A stretch of DNA of 64,000 bases from Nageia nagi (Eukaryota; Plantae; Pinophyta). Position numbers and translations under genes: made by a program. Of this stretch, positions 1 through 11,519 are shown piece after piece. The notes below the pieces were generated by a model. That model was not told the DNA's origin and ran no database searches. It was given only the letters and a program-made list of their open reading frames with translations. Numbering within the stretch: the stretch's first letter is position 1; each line of letters starts with the position of its first letter. The stretch spans positions 162,564,001-162,628,000 of the forward strand of contig JBITNC010000001.1 of NCBI GenBank assembly GCA_050084985.1, given 5' to 3'.

Positions 1-48
1 TAAAAAAATTTATGTATTGAACATAATATCTTAGATAATATTTTTGGT

Positions 49-1548
49 ATGTTATCTATGAGACAAATGAGAACACATGCAAATAGAGTATATGATCAAT
101 TTTTCCTTAATAAGGAGCTAGGATTTCAATATCAACTCATGTTACAATTAATAAGAATGTCGAAAATGAGAAGAGCAATGAAAACTTTAGGTGTTTGTGT
201 GAAAAAAGAGGAACCCTTAAAACAAGTTATATCCACTATTGCTAGTGCCATAAACTCTATTAGAAAGAAAAGTTGATATAAAGATAGGAATGCAAAATGA
301 TGAGCCATAAAAACTGCTTTAATAAATAGATCAACTATGAAAAAAAAAATAATTGGTAATCTTAGTGGGTATCTAAATATAAATCTTAAAACTTTGCAAA
401 GAGCTATGAAGAGAAGAAAAAGCATTGAAATTGATCCAATCAACCAATGTTGGAGTTTTAGTGGTAGACTTGCTAGGTTTGATAGGAAATTGACTAAAGA
501 GATAAAATATGTAATTGAAAAATATTGGCATGATCATACAAGGGTATCTCCTAATACTAAAAATATTTTAAAACAAAATAAATCTCCAAGGTCAAAAGAT
601 CATCAACTTGAGCATGGAAAACACTTTTTAGATATGACTCAAACTCAAATGTATAATAACTTTGTAAATGAGAAAGTGTTAAGTAGTTTTAATATTAGAC
701 TAAGTCAAAGATCTTTTGAGAAATGTAAACCTTGGTATGTTAGAATTAATAAGCAAAGAATAATATGTTGTTGTAAAACTCATATGAATTTAGATATTAT
801 TATCAAGTTTTTCAGTATATATGTGGTATTTTGCATACTAACAACTTATTGCAAGGATATGATTTTAATATGCCACATGAATCTATCAATGAGTTTATAG
901 CAGGTTTATTTTATCAAATTCTAAATGGTAAATAATTTTATTCAAATGCATGTATTTTAGGACAATGTAGTATATGGGAACCTTTCATTTTTAGGAGTTC
1001 ACTATGTACATGAAAGTAGTTTACATGATTTTGGACAAATATTAGTGGATATCAAAAAATTCAAGAATGTTGAGTATGCATTGAAAGATGGAAAAACTAG
1101 GAAGCATGTTGATATAATCACTGAAAAGATTAGTGTACATACATTTATGGATGATTTTAAAAGTAACTTTATTCCAAAATATGTGAAACATTCCCAACAT
1201 GCTCAGTGGCTTGATAGTGAATTTCAACAATGTAGAAACACATTTCCATATGGAACTATATTATCAATCGTACACTTTGTAGAAAACTATACTCTAGCAC
1301 CATAAGAAGAAATACAATCTCAGTATTATAATTCTCAATAGATTTTTATTTTTATTCATATCGTATATAGACATGTAGACAATAGTATAGAAGATAATAG
1401 AAAATTTTTTAGGGAGTACTATTTTTACATAAGTGATAACAAATGACACTCACCAGTGTTTATCCAATTTTTTTAACATATTCTATACAAATTTGAAGGA
1501 ACAAAATATTCATATGGCATAACATTTGATATGGTTAGATAACTATTG
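49..1548 (+). mobile_element. Degenerate Sola-type (probably Sola2) DDD DNA transposase, interrupted at the 3' end
   Basis: ORFs 337-900 and 1045-1305 plus in-frame read-through give SFEKCKPWYVR...CCCKTH, then IVHFVENYTLAP*EEIQSQYYNSQ*IFIFIH...YFYISDNK*H and IWLDN (~1528-1543). This fits the F..RP..V/CxC..H, DFxENY..xEIQS, ISD..H, WSD motif order I associate with Sola2 transposases. The family assignment is from memory. Confidence 0.6.
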
Positions 1549-1699
1549 TACATATACCTGGAAAGTCCATAATTTATTTTTAGCATACACATGTACATAT
1601 TTTGATGTGAATAATATCTAACAAAATTTATATGGAAAAATGTTCAACTCAACATATTTGTTTACCTCAAAAGGTATGCCCATAGATCTATGAGTGGAT

Positions 1700-2949
1700 G
1701 TCATAAAAGCTCTATGAGATGCACCTAAAGTGGAGCCTCCCATCATCTATGATAAAACATGTAAAGGTGCTTACATTTTAAATTAAGTTAACATATAATT
1801 CAAATTAATTTAGAAATACACATTACATACATGTTAAACACACTAAAAATATGGTAAATGTACCTCTTTCCTAGTAAGGTCAACATCATCCATGGACATC
1901 ATCTTTGTATAAGATATCCCATGATTACTTGAAGAGGGGCCAACACATATATTATTACAACTCTAAAAAATGAGGTACAACTCCACTAACTCTAGCATCA
2001 TCTCTATGCTCACTGATATTAGCTACCACATGGGTAGCTTATTCAATGAGAGTCTGGGTCACCTGACTCAATGCTCCCAATGTTGAAATAATTGCTTGAT
2101 GAAAAGCTAGGGTAGGAATAGGAGTAGGAGAAGGGATGAGTGGTGCAGGATGCATGGGTTGACTTGGATTAACCCATGATCTAGGTCTATATTTCCCTAA
2201 GACATGATCAATCCCTTGATTATGTCTCATATCAAAATAATTCACGTGTTTTCCTAATACACACGTGGCATACATTTTCCTTCAAAAATACAAAGGTACA
2301 TTAGAATTAGAATGTGGTGGTTTATCAAACATCATCCATCATCGATCCTAAAACTTTTCAGCTATCATTGGATGGATGCAACAATCATAGGGAATTCTTT
2401 CTTTATTAGGTGGGATGGGTTATTTGGTAGATATATCAATGAAGAGTGGAGCAAGGGTGGCTTTAGTAATACCTAACTTGTTTACCTCTCAATTGGAGAG
2501 ACCATCTTAATAATATTATCTCATACACTCTTTCCATGACTCGAAACCATACATATCACCATCAACACTCCTAATAGTATCAACTACGATTTGCATTAGA
2601 GATGAAAACCATATAACATGGTTTAAGGAGCTATAAATACTTTGAATGTGGTGAATATTTTATTGTAATTGGTTAATATCATGAGAAATAGCATCTTGTA
2701 AATGTTACTCATCTGCACTAGTGGGTTGGGGTTGGGCTAGGGGTGGGGGTGTAGGGGGTGGAGGTGGAGAGGGTGGAGGTGGAGAGGGTGGAGGGGTTGG
2801 AGGATAGACATTTGGTGTGGGTGGAGGATTGACATGTGGTAGGGTGGAGGATCAACATGTGGAGGGGGTGAATTATGTGGGATATTTTGGGTCACATCAT
2901 CCAATGTCTCATATATGTCATGATAAAATTCATGGGATGAGTTACCCAT
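1700..2949 (-). mobile_element. Degenerate Pro-rich ORF, probably an accessory ORF of a Gypsy-type retroelement
   Basis: Broken minus-strand ORFs 2737-2949 (Pro/His-rich) and 2039-2275 (PLYF*RKMYATCVLGKHVNYFDM). No RT or integrase motifs are visible and the borders are uncertain. Confidence 0.3.
2722..2870 (+). repeat. G-rich low-complexity tract (GGGTGGAG-like units), G-quadruplex-prone
   Basis: Runs such as gggttggggttggg, ggggtgggggtgtagggggtggaggtggagagggtggagg. Confidence 0.8.
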
Positions 2950-3479
2950 GATATTAAAAAGATAACTACAAACATTAGTAATAACATAGAAATAGAAATA
3001 ATCTCACTATTAGCAATAACATTAGCAATATCACATGTTTAACTACAAATATGATAAATATGCAAGGAAAGCATATAAGAGAACCCTATAAATACATAAA
3101 ATCTAATTGAATTCAAATCAAACAAGCTATGTAATAGATAAAATACAAGAAAAGCCTATGAATATGTAATCAAAGATAGAGCATATCATTTAAGTATTTA
3201 TATTTATCTCATTAAGATTGAGCATAACCAAAGTAAAACATGACTTAATCTTAAAAAGAAAAAACTAATCAATGGATACAAACCCCTAGGTGTAAATAGC
3301 CTAAGAAACCTCACATGGATGTACTTATATAGACATGCAAAATGCTATAGGTGATATAAGACCTCTTTGGGTTAGAAAGGGATGTATAAATATCTACCTA
3401 AAACTATGTTACTAAATGTATGGGTTGAACTTGTAATCATATTTAGAAATACCATTATCAATAAGAAGGAAGTTTTAAA

Positions 3480-4580
3480 TAAAATTTCAAATTGAGTATA
3501 ATACTTGAGAATCATCTCCCCTAAAATATAAGCCTAAAATTTATCATTACTATGGATTTACAAAAAGGATGAACCACATATATTGGTAGAAAAGAAAATA
3601 TACATGTTGAAAGAAAAGGAGCTTTCACTCACATTCTAGGTAGAAGTAGTAAGAATAACTTGATACTTGATTAATAAAAGTGCGACAAAATTTATTCCAA
3701 ACATGACACCAATAAAAGCGAGGATCTAGGTAAAAAGCCCATTCTTGCTCATTTAAAAAAGTTTAGTTGTTTAATGTTGTATGCATATTACAAAAGATAA
3801 AAGGTATAAATTATATATTACAAGATTAGTTTAATTCATACTAAATAGAAATAACACCATCATTATGGAACAATATCACTATTATGATAGTGATATCATT
3901 GTATATAATGAGAAATCCTAAAATTTATAACATTTATACCAAACTATGAAGTTGATGTTGTAAAAAATTGATATAGATATATTGAGGTGGTTGATGTATA
4001 TTATAGATTTGTCATAAAATTTTAAAAAATATAGAAAAAACTTTAAATCTCTATTAATGGAATACAAGTGATAAGTCTCTTCAAGATTATGGAAGAATGA
4101 ACCCGCAAGGCACTAAAGAGTATAACCTTGTGCCATAAGGATAACTATAAAATCTAAAACTATTTAATATAATAAATTAAAAGATTGAAATTTAATAAAG
4201 AGAAGTAGTAAATGGGTGTTTTAAGTCTATATACCCTAGGATTATCCAAGTTTAGGATCATGTAATGAATAAGACAATGAGAAGGAGCCAAGAGAATGTT
4301 GACTATAACAATCATATATTGTAGCCTTTGAGTCTTACAATGACTATAAGGTGTAAGGATGATGGAGGTAATATTTAAAATGATGAGCATAAAGTGTGAT
4401 TGAAAGATAGAAAAAATATAAAATGGTGGATGGTGGCAAGAACATTTGAAAGCATACGAGAATAAGATTGTGCATATGTATATTTCTTAGCTATAGTGAC
4501 ATTAATAAAGTATATAGGGTTTGTGAGATCAAAACTAAGAAAAATCATGTATTAAGGGATGCAATATTTAATGAAGGAAT
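3480..4580 (+). mobile_element. Ty1/Copia integrase remnant
   Basis: Frameshifted motifs F*VEV, YLINKSATK, MTP..G.KP.LAHLK.F.C..HI.KDKR.KL (3630-3815) and YS...KVYR...RDAIFNE (4490-4575), typical of the Copia integrase core and SH3-like region. Confidence 0.6.
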
Positions 4581-5898
4581 TAGAGAATTAATGTTGAAAG
4601 GATTTATACCTCCTTTAAGTAGTTAAATAACAACCCAAATCTAGCACACCCACTCAAAGTGATAGTGAAGCAAAAGAAGAAGTCTCTTATAAGTCATCTT
4701 CAACTTCATCATCAAAGAAGTTGTCCACATGGTACCTTAAAATTGTAATTAATGCATAATCACTTGAAGTAAATCACATCTAGGACCACTACCTAATGAA
4801 CATTTTATTTTCTTTTCAAATCAATGGAAAAGTTGGCTCCAACCCTAAATAAAGGAAAGATGATGATAAAAAAAAATACTAGGCTCATTACTTCATATTT
4901 CTAATGCATGCAAGCTATAAAATCCTTGACTTTGGATACTCAAAATATGGGGAAGTTAATTAATTATTCTACAAATAGTGAACTAGAATATAGGTCTAAA
5001 GAACATGCTAGCCCCAAGGCATATGAGATTGATAAAGAAGAAGAGGAACCTATTGAAGAGGATGAGGAACCAGGTCCTTAAATATACCAAAATAATAGAA
5101 AGCCTAAAGGAGGAGATCATCCTCCCAAGACATTATCTATAATATCCAAGGAAAATATTATGAAAGGATCATGTTACCAACAAAAATGAAAGGTAAAAGA
5201 ATCCCACATAGTGGAGAATGTTCCAAATATGAAGCAATTATAAGTTTAAATAATCAACATAGAAGAGGTCATCCAAGCTAATTTATAATTTCTCAAGTTA
5301 TCCTTGGATTATAGATAGTTGTTACCCTTGTTCCCTTTTCCATTTAAATTCATATGTAATCTTAGCGCTTTGAAACAAAAAAAGGAATGCCTACACAACA
5401 ATTTGTGTTATCTAAGAACCTATCAACAACATGAAGAAGGGAGGGAGAGGTTGTTAGATTTGAAAAGAGAGATATTAATATGGTTGATCTTTAATGGCTT
5501 TATGAGGTTGAAGTGAAAGGATATTAAATTCATAGAATAAAATTGGGCATCATCCAAAATGGTCAATCCAACTTTGCACTCTCAAGTTAAACAAGTATGA
5601 GGTGAAATATGTATGGTTTGTATGAATTGTGTCATTAAACAAGTTTGAGTGTGCAATGTGTATTTTGTGAATTCCTTTTTTTGACAAGTTTCTTCCATAT
5701 GATCTCTTAAGGTCATTAAATAGTTTTAAGGCTTGTTTTTGAGGTGTTTGTATGTGATTGACTAGGTCATGTAGTAGTTCGTTGGAATGGTCTTTGATTC
5801 TAGTTTCTAGTATGATTTATTTCCTTTTTATTTGACATGTGGTTGTGATACTATGGTATTATTACTAAGTTTAGGTTAATTTTATGGTATTGGAGTTT

Positions 5899-6058
5899 AT
5901 TTTAACAAAAAAAATATAAAATTTTAACAAAAAAAAACTTCAAAAACTATTTTAACAAAACTACGAGAAAAACTATATATTTTAACAAAAAAACCTACTT
6001 TGTATTATTTTCTCTTAACAAAACCATGAAAAAATAACATTTTAACCAAAAAAAAACT
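5899..6058. repeat. Cluster of about 6 TTTTAACAAAA A-tract motifs
   Basis: (t)ttaacaaaa recurs at roughly 20-35 bp spacing. Confidence 0.6.
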
Positions 6059-6409
6059 AGTATTTGGTTTGGAGCACTAACTTGGACAAGGTAGGGAGAA
6101 TTTAAAGGTAGCAAGTGAGTCTAAGAGCACTTAAATGGGGATCTCGATATGCATAGGTTACATTCTCCATGTTGTTTGGGATTTACAGGTCATGGAGCTA
6201 AAAAATGAGCTCTACATCCTACAGTGGGGTATTTAAGTTCCAAATATTGAGATCTTGATATCTCTTAGGATTGAGGGCTCAAAATATCAAGATCTTGATT
6301 TATTTCATATCAAGATCCTAATTTGTTTCATATCGAGATCCTAATATTTTTGACCCTAAATTTTTTCTCCACACTTCCTCTTAAAGTGGACCCAACTTTT
6401 TACTTTCAC

Positions 6410-6757
6410 CCCAAGTTCAATATGGATCTTAGAGGGTATATGGAGTCTATAAGGTATGTGTGGGTGTCTGGAAGTCATCATGGGCCAACATGGGGATCTA
6501 AGAGTCTTCCTAAGGTTGGTGCATGTGTACAAGTGCTCTAATTCCCATGTTGGGAAATTAGGTGTTTATACATGCTCTAGTGATATCTAAGTGCTAAGTA
6601 AGCCTTGGGATTTACATAATCATACTAGTCTATCCTTAGGAGAAAGACATCTCACTTGGGGCTCACAGTGGGGTCAAATGGACCTTTATACTTTTTATCC
6701 TAAGTAACTAGAAATAAATAGATACATGAATAGAATATTTACAAAAGGGATATGACA
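6410..6757 (-). repeat. 3' LTR (partial; similarity to the 5' LTR is lost left of ~6410)
   Basis: Matches ~10850-11229; begins TGTCATATCCC on minus directly after the PPT. Confidence 0.8.
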
Positions 6758-9700
6758 AAGCCCCTCCTCTCAAAATTGCTTATCCTTAAGCAATTACAAT
6801 ACAATGCAAGGTCCCTAACCCATCTCAAAGAATAGAGTCCATCATGCTCAAGTGAATAAATCATATCAACTATGAATCCAACAAACCCAACCTCAAGAGT
6901 GTGCACAACAACCCTCAAAATTGAACTATTATATTCAAAATGAGTCAAATCCAACACCCCAACATGCATGTTAACATCTAAATACAAGAAATAATCAATC
7001 TGGAAGAATATGCAACCTCCCCCATGTGCTTAAATTCACCAAAAAGGCCTAGAAAACTAGTAGTCCCTCTACATCCCAATGCTATCCATGATGAGGAAAA
7101 AATGGTTTGTGAACTTGGGGTGGTAATCTCTCCAAATGTTGCTAATTTTTCCTCATGCAATGCAATCCTTAAACCATGTAGTGTGAATAAATAATGTGGT
7201 CTAATGAACATCCAATCAGTAACAAATATTTTTCTCCAAACATTAGCCATCTCATTTACTAACAAGTGATGAAAATATGACATCTAATCAAAGGCATCAA
7301 GTTCTAAGATTTGTACTTCATTTGCAACCCTTAAATGGCTCCCCATGATGCATTCTACAATACGTACTAGGTTTGAAATATGATCCATAATCACAACCAT
7401 TTTTTCTTTCATTGAACACTAAAGGATAACAACTTTATGGTTCCTTAAAGCACCATCAAATTGAAAATGATAAGTCCATTACAAAATATAACAAGTGTGG
7501 GGTTCCAAATAGGGATATTGAGGCTGAAGTCATTAGTGTGAGTAGTAGACATGAAACCCTCATTGATAATAAGCTCTTACACTTCAACATTGGTATCTAA
7601 AATATCATTAGCTAATGAGGAAAGGAGTCTCCAAATATCCATTAGTCTTTTGATATTAAACATAGCCCAAACTTTGTACCATGTAGTTCAGTGAAGATAT
7701 GCAATAACAATAAAATCTCTACTAATGACAACCCCAACATTATCATATTCAGTCTATAACATGTAATTGGTAGTCTTAAAAACATTACAAGAGGATGCAA
7801 ATGCTATCTAGACACTCCCTAATGCAACTTTCAAATTGGTATAACACTTAAACCTGTTAATAGCCATGTCATCAACATATGTAACATTTAATACGTTAAT
7901 AGTAGCCCCCAATTTTACAACTTTAGTAGACTTTACTCAAAGATATCAACCCACATCATACACATAAGAACATAGGGTACAAAATTCATTATCTGAATTA
8001 AACACTAAGAATAAGGATCAATCCATAATACATGAAAGGCAATCATCTCATCATGGTGAATAGAATCAATTAAAAGACCTATAATGATGCTTATGACAAC
8101 AAATACTCTCTGGTCATAGGAAGCCCCTAGTAAGTGAAAAATATTCCTTATATCATCTTTAATAGTCCCTCTTTCATCAACAATAAGTCCACCCTTTATT
8201 AAGTGTATATCAATCCCAAATTCATGAGCAATAATCTCATTGTTATCAGTAATTAATGTAATAGTAGTTCTACTATTACCAACAAATAATATGATCTCCC
8301 ATACTTGGATGTTTCCTCCAAAATTATTATTAAAGGATGCAAGAATAGTGAGAATATCAATAACAACTAATGCACCAACATATGCAGTCCACAATATATG
8401 AAAAATAGCTCCTACTAGTCATCCAAGTATAACCAACAAGGGTGACTCAAGTCTGCAGCAAAACTCAATCACTAATGCTTTCCTCAAAATGTGCAACATG
8501 AAGAAACAATGTGAGCTAATAATCCTCCCATAAACCATGAACTTCCTTCTCCAAAAGATAGCCATTTTATTTTTTTTTAAGACATCATTTTTGGATAATG
8601 TAGCTGAGAAATATGCATGGACAAATCTGTCATAAAAATTAGCAAGTGTGGACATCCAATCTTGGATGTTGGAGCCCAAAATACCTCCAATTGGTGTGAA
8701 AGTGTTATAGATAACTATAATCTTTATTTTCTTTTGTATGTAATTGTTGTTCATGCTAAAAATAATATTAGTAACTAGCAAAACCAAATTGAAGAAGAAG
8801 TCATACCTTCCCAAGGAAAGATGTCCATTCTCCAAACTTAGATCCCTATGGATCCATGGTGCTAAATCCCTCCAAGATTCTAAACTCATGGATCTCATTC
8901 CAAGGGTGAGAGATGATCCCACATCCTCATAAAACTTTGTCATGTTTTTCTTATAAGCTAGTGCTATAAAAGATAATCCTTTAATGACTTTCATATCCTC
9001 ACCATACTTGGGTACCCAAACACCTGGATCCCAAGGAACTAGAAAGGTATTGTGATTAACATGAAGAATTGACCTTTTCCACACAATACACTTCAAAATC
9101 AAACATATAAAACTAGTATGGATATTTTTGCAAGCTCTAGAAACTCTAATATTCACATACTCTTTCCCAACATATGTAAGTGAGTGTACTTCAAAGGAAC
9201 CATTTTGAAGCTTTACTAGATATACCTCATGTAGTGATGCAATTTATTGGCTAATGATTTCTAATTTTTCAAGATTTGAAATATCATTCTCTACTTTGGA
9301 ATCTTTATCTTTTTTCATGCTAGACTTAAAGCCATCTTCATCTTCCTCATTACTATTTTTAGAAACCAAATCTGAAATAATAATGGCTCTTTCCTCTTTC
9401 TTTCCAATATTATCACTTTCATCAACACCATGCAAAATTTTTGAATTATTGACATGAAAATCAAAATCGCTTTCATACCTTTTTGGGTGTCAACATGACT
9501 AATCCAACTTTCATCATTATGTAATTGATGCTCTATGTCTTGAATCTAGAACTCCATATTCTTCAATATTCTCACATTCTTTTTTGGATCTAATGGAGTA
9601 ACTAAATCCTTGACACTTTCAAATGGTCCAGATCCAAACATTGGGTTCATGACTAGCTCTCCTCCTCCCACATTATATTTTCTCTATATCACTACTCCAT

Positions 9701-10040
9701 AACCCAAAAGATCTTGATAAAGTTGTAAGGTGGTGTCTCTTTGGAACTCTTTGGTGGTTCTTTAGTAGATCTGGAGCAAGATTTCAATTTTTGGTAGAGT
9801 CTTGTATAGAGGAATAGATCGAGGCTCCCACATCTACCCTCTCTTCTTGCTCATCTTCTCCTCATGTTGTTCACCTAGAAACCTCAAGAGCCTCTCCCTT
9901 TCCTCCAAAGGGATCTTTTTGTCTTCAAATTCCTAAAGAAGCTAGTGAAAAATTACCCTTTCAAATTCATACTTTTTCACTTTGGCTATAGATATGGCTT
10001 CCATTTATTTAAGAAGTAAGATCTTCAATTTTGATACCAA

Positions 10041-11229
10041 TGTAAGATCCTAAGCATAAACTCAAGTGTAATTAAGTAAATTCAAATAAGTATGCACTCA
10101 TGTTTGGCCTAGAGCCTCAAATACAAGCACAAATAACCTCATAATATCAACATTAGTCCTAAGGCATACAATCTAATCTTAAGCAACATAATAATGCTAA
10201 CATCTGGCTCATACATGTATTAATGAAAAATCACATCTCAACATTGCAATAATAGATAAATACACATATAATATTGAGATCCAAATGCCCAACAATTGTA
10301 TTAATGATGTACAATAAATAATGATACAATCCCAATTCTAAAAGGCTCAATGTTGGCCTCCCAAGAGCCAACTAGAGCACAACAACTCGATAAATATGAT
10401 CAATATTGGAACTACAAAACAATGGATGGGATAGCCTAACTCCCTCAAGCCTACATGTTCTATTGTAAAACTCCCACACTTAGAAACCATTGAAGGTAGG
10501 AATGTAATCTTAAAATACCATCAAATGAACTAAGATGTTGCACCTTAGTCTTAGATCAACATGATCCCTCAACCTATTAACCCTCCTAGATGTTGCATCT
10601 AGGGATATTGCTTCATGTTACACTACGACTTCCATCCATTGGATGATATGAGTAATAATGATAATCATGCATATCCAAAATGATACTCTAAGGCCTAATA
10701 TAGCTCACACTAGATCTGAATCCCATCTCAAAGTCATTACCCAAACCTTCCTGGTCCAACATTGGCTTTCTAGAAGCCCCATGAACCCCAACGAAGATGT
10801 TAGGGGTGTTTATGTCTATTTGGACCCTTCTCATGCTCAATGTGGGTCCTCAAGCTCAACATGGATCTTAGAGGATATTTGTGCATCTAGAAGACATATG
10901 TGGGTGTTTAGAAGTCATCATGGGCCAACATGGGTGTCTAGGAGTCTCCCGAAGGTTGGCACATGTGTACAAGTGCTCCTAATTCCAACATTGGGGAAAT
11001 TAGATATTTATACATGCTCTAGTGATATCTAAGTGCTAAATAAGCCTTGGGATTCCTACAATCACTTCTTGGGATCTATAAGTATATAAAATTATACTAG
11101 CCTATGCTTGGGAGGAAGATTTCCCACTTGGGGCTTATAGCGGGGTCCAATGGACCTTTATACTTTCTATCCCAAGTAACTAGCAACAAACAGACACATA
11201 AATAGAATATTTACAAACAGGATGTTACA
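10041..11229 (-). repeat. 5' LTR (~1.19 kb)
   Basis: TGTAACATCCC...GGATCTTACA on minus, followed by the tRNA-iMet PBS. Confidence 0.8.
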
Positions 11230-11404
11230 TAATCATGTTCTTGCTACCATTATAATCATTAGCTATACTAGAGAAACATTTTAATGTAATTGATAACACT
11301 AGCCCAAAAGCCATTTGATTCTATGAGACCTTAAATATTTGAACTTAATTCATTACCTCATAATGGCCTTGGGTTAACCACCAAGAAAAACCCTTAAGCC
11401 AATA

Positions 11405-11492
11405 TATAATAATAATAACAACAACAACAACAACAACAACAAAAATAACAATAACAATAGAATAATGATGATGATGATGATAATGATAATGA
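11405..11492. repeat. Compound microsatellite (AAT/AAC/GAT)n
   Basis: aataataataacaacaacaac...aatgatgatgatgatgataatgataatgat. Confidence 0.95.
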
Positions 11493-11519
11493 TAAGGTCC
11501 TACGTTCCTAGGAATGGTG

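Larger units (their letters stand above)
6410..11229 (-). mobile_element. Non-autonomous LTR retrotransposon (no recognisable pol) with a degenerate internal ORF
   Basis: Direct repeats ~6410-6757 and ~10850-11229. PBS TGGTATCA on the minus strand at 10032-10039 next to the LTR end at 10041. PPT (AGAGGAGGGGC on minus, 6760-6770) next to the LTR start at 6757. Confidence 0.8.
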
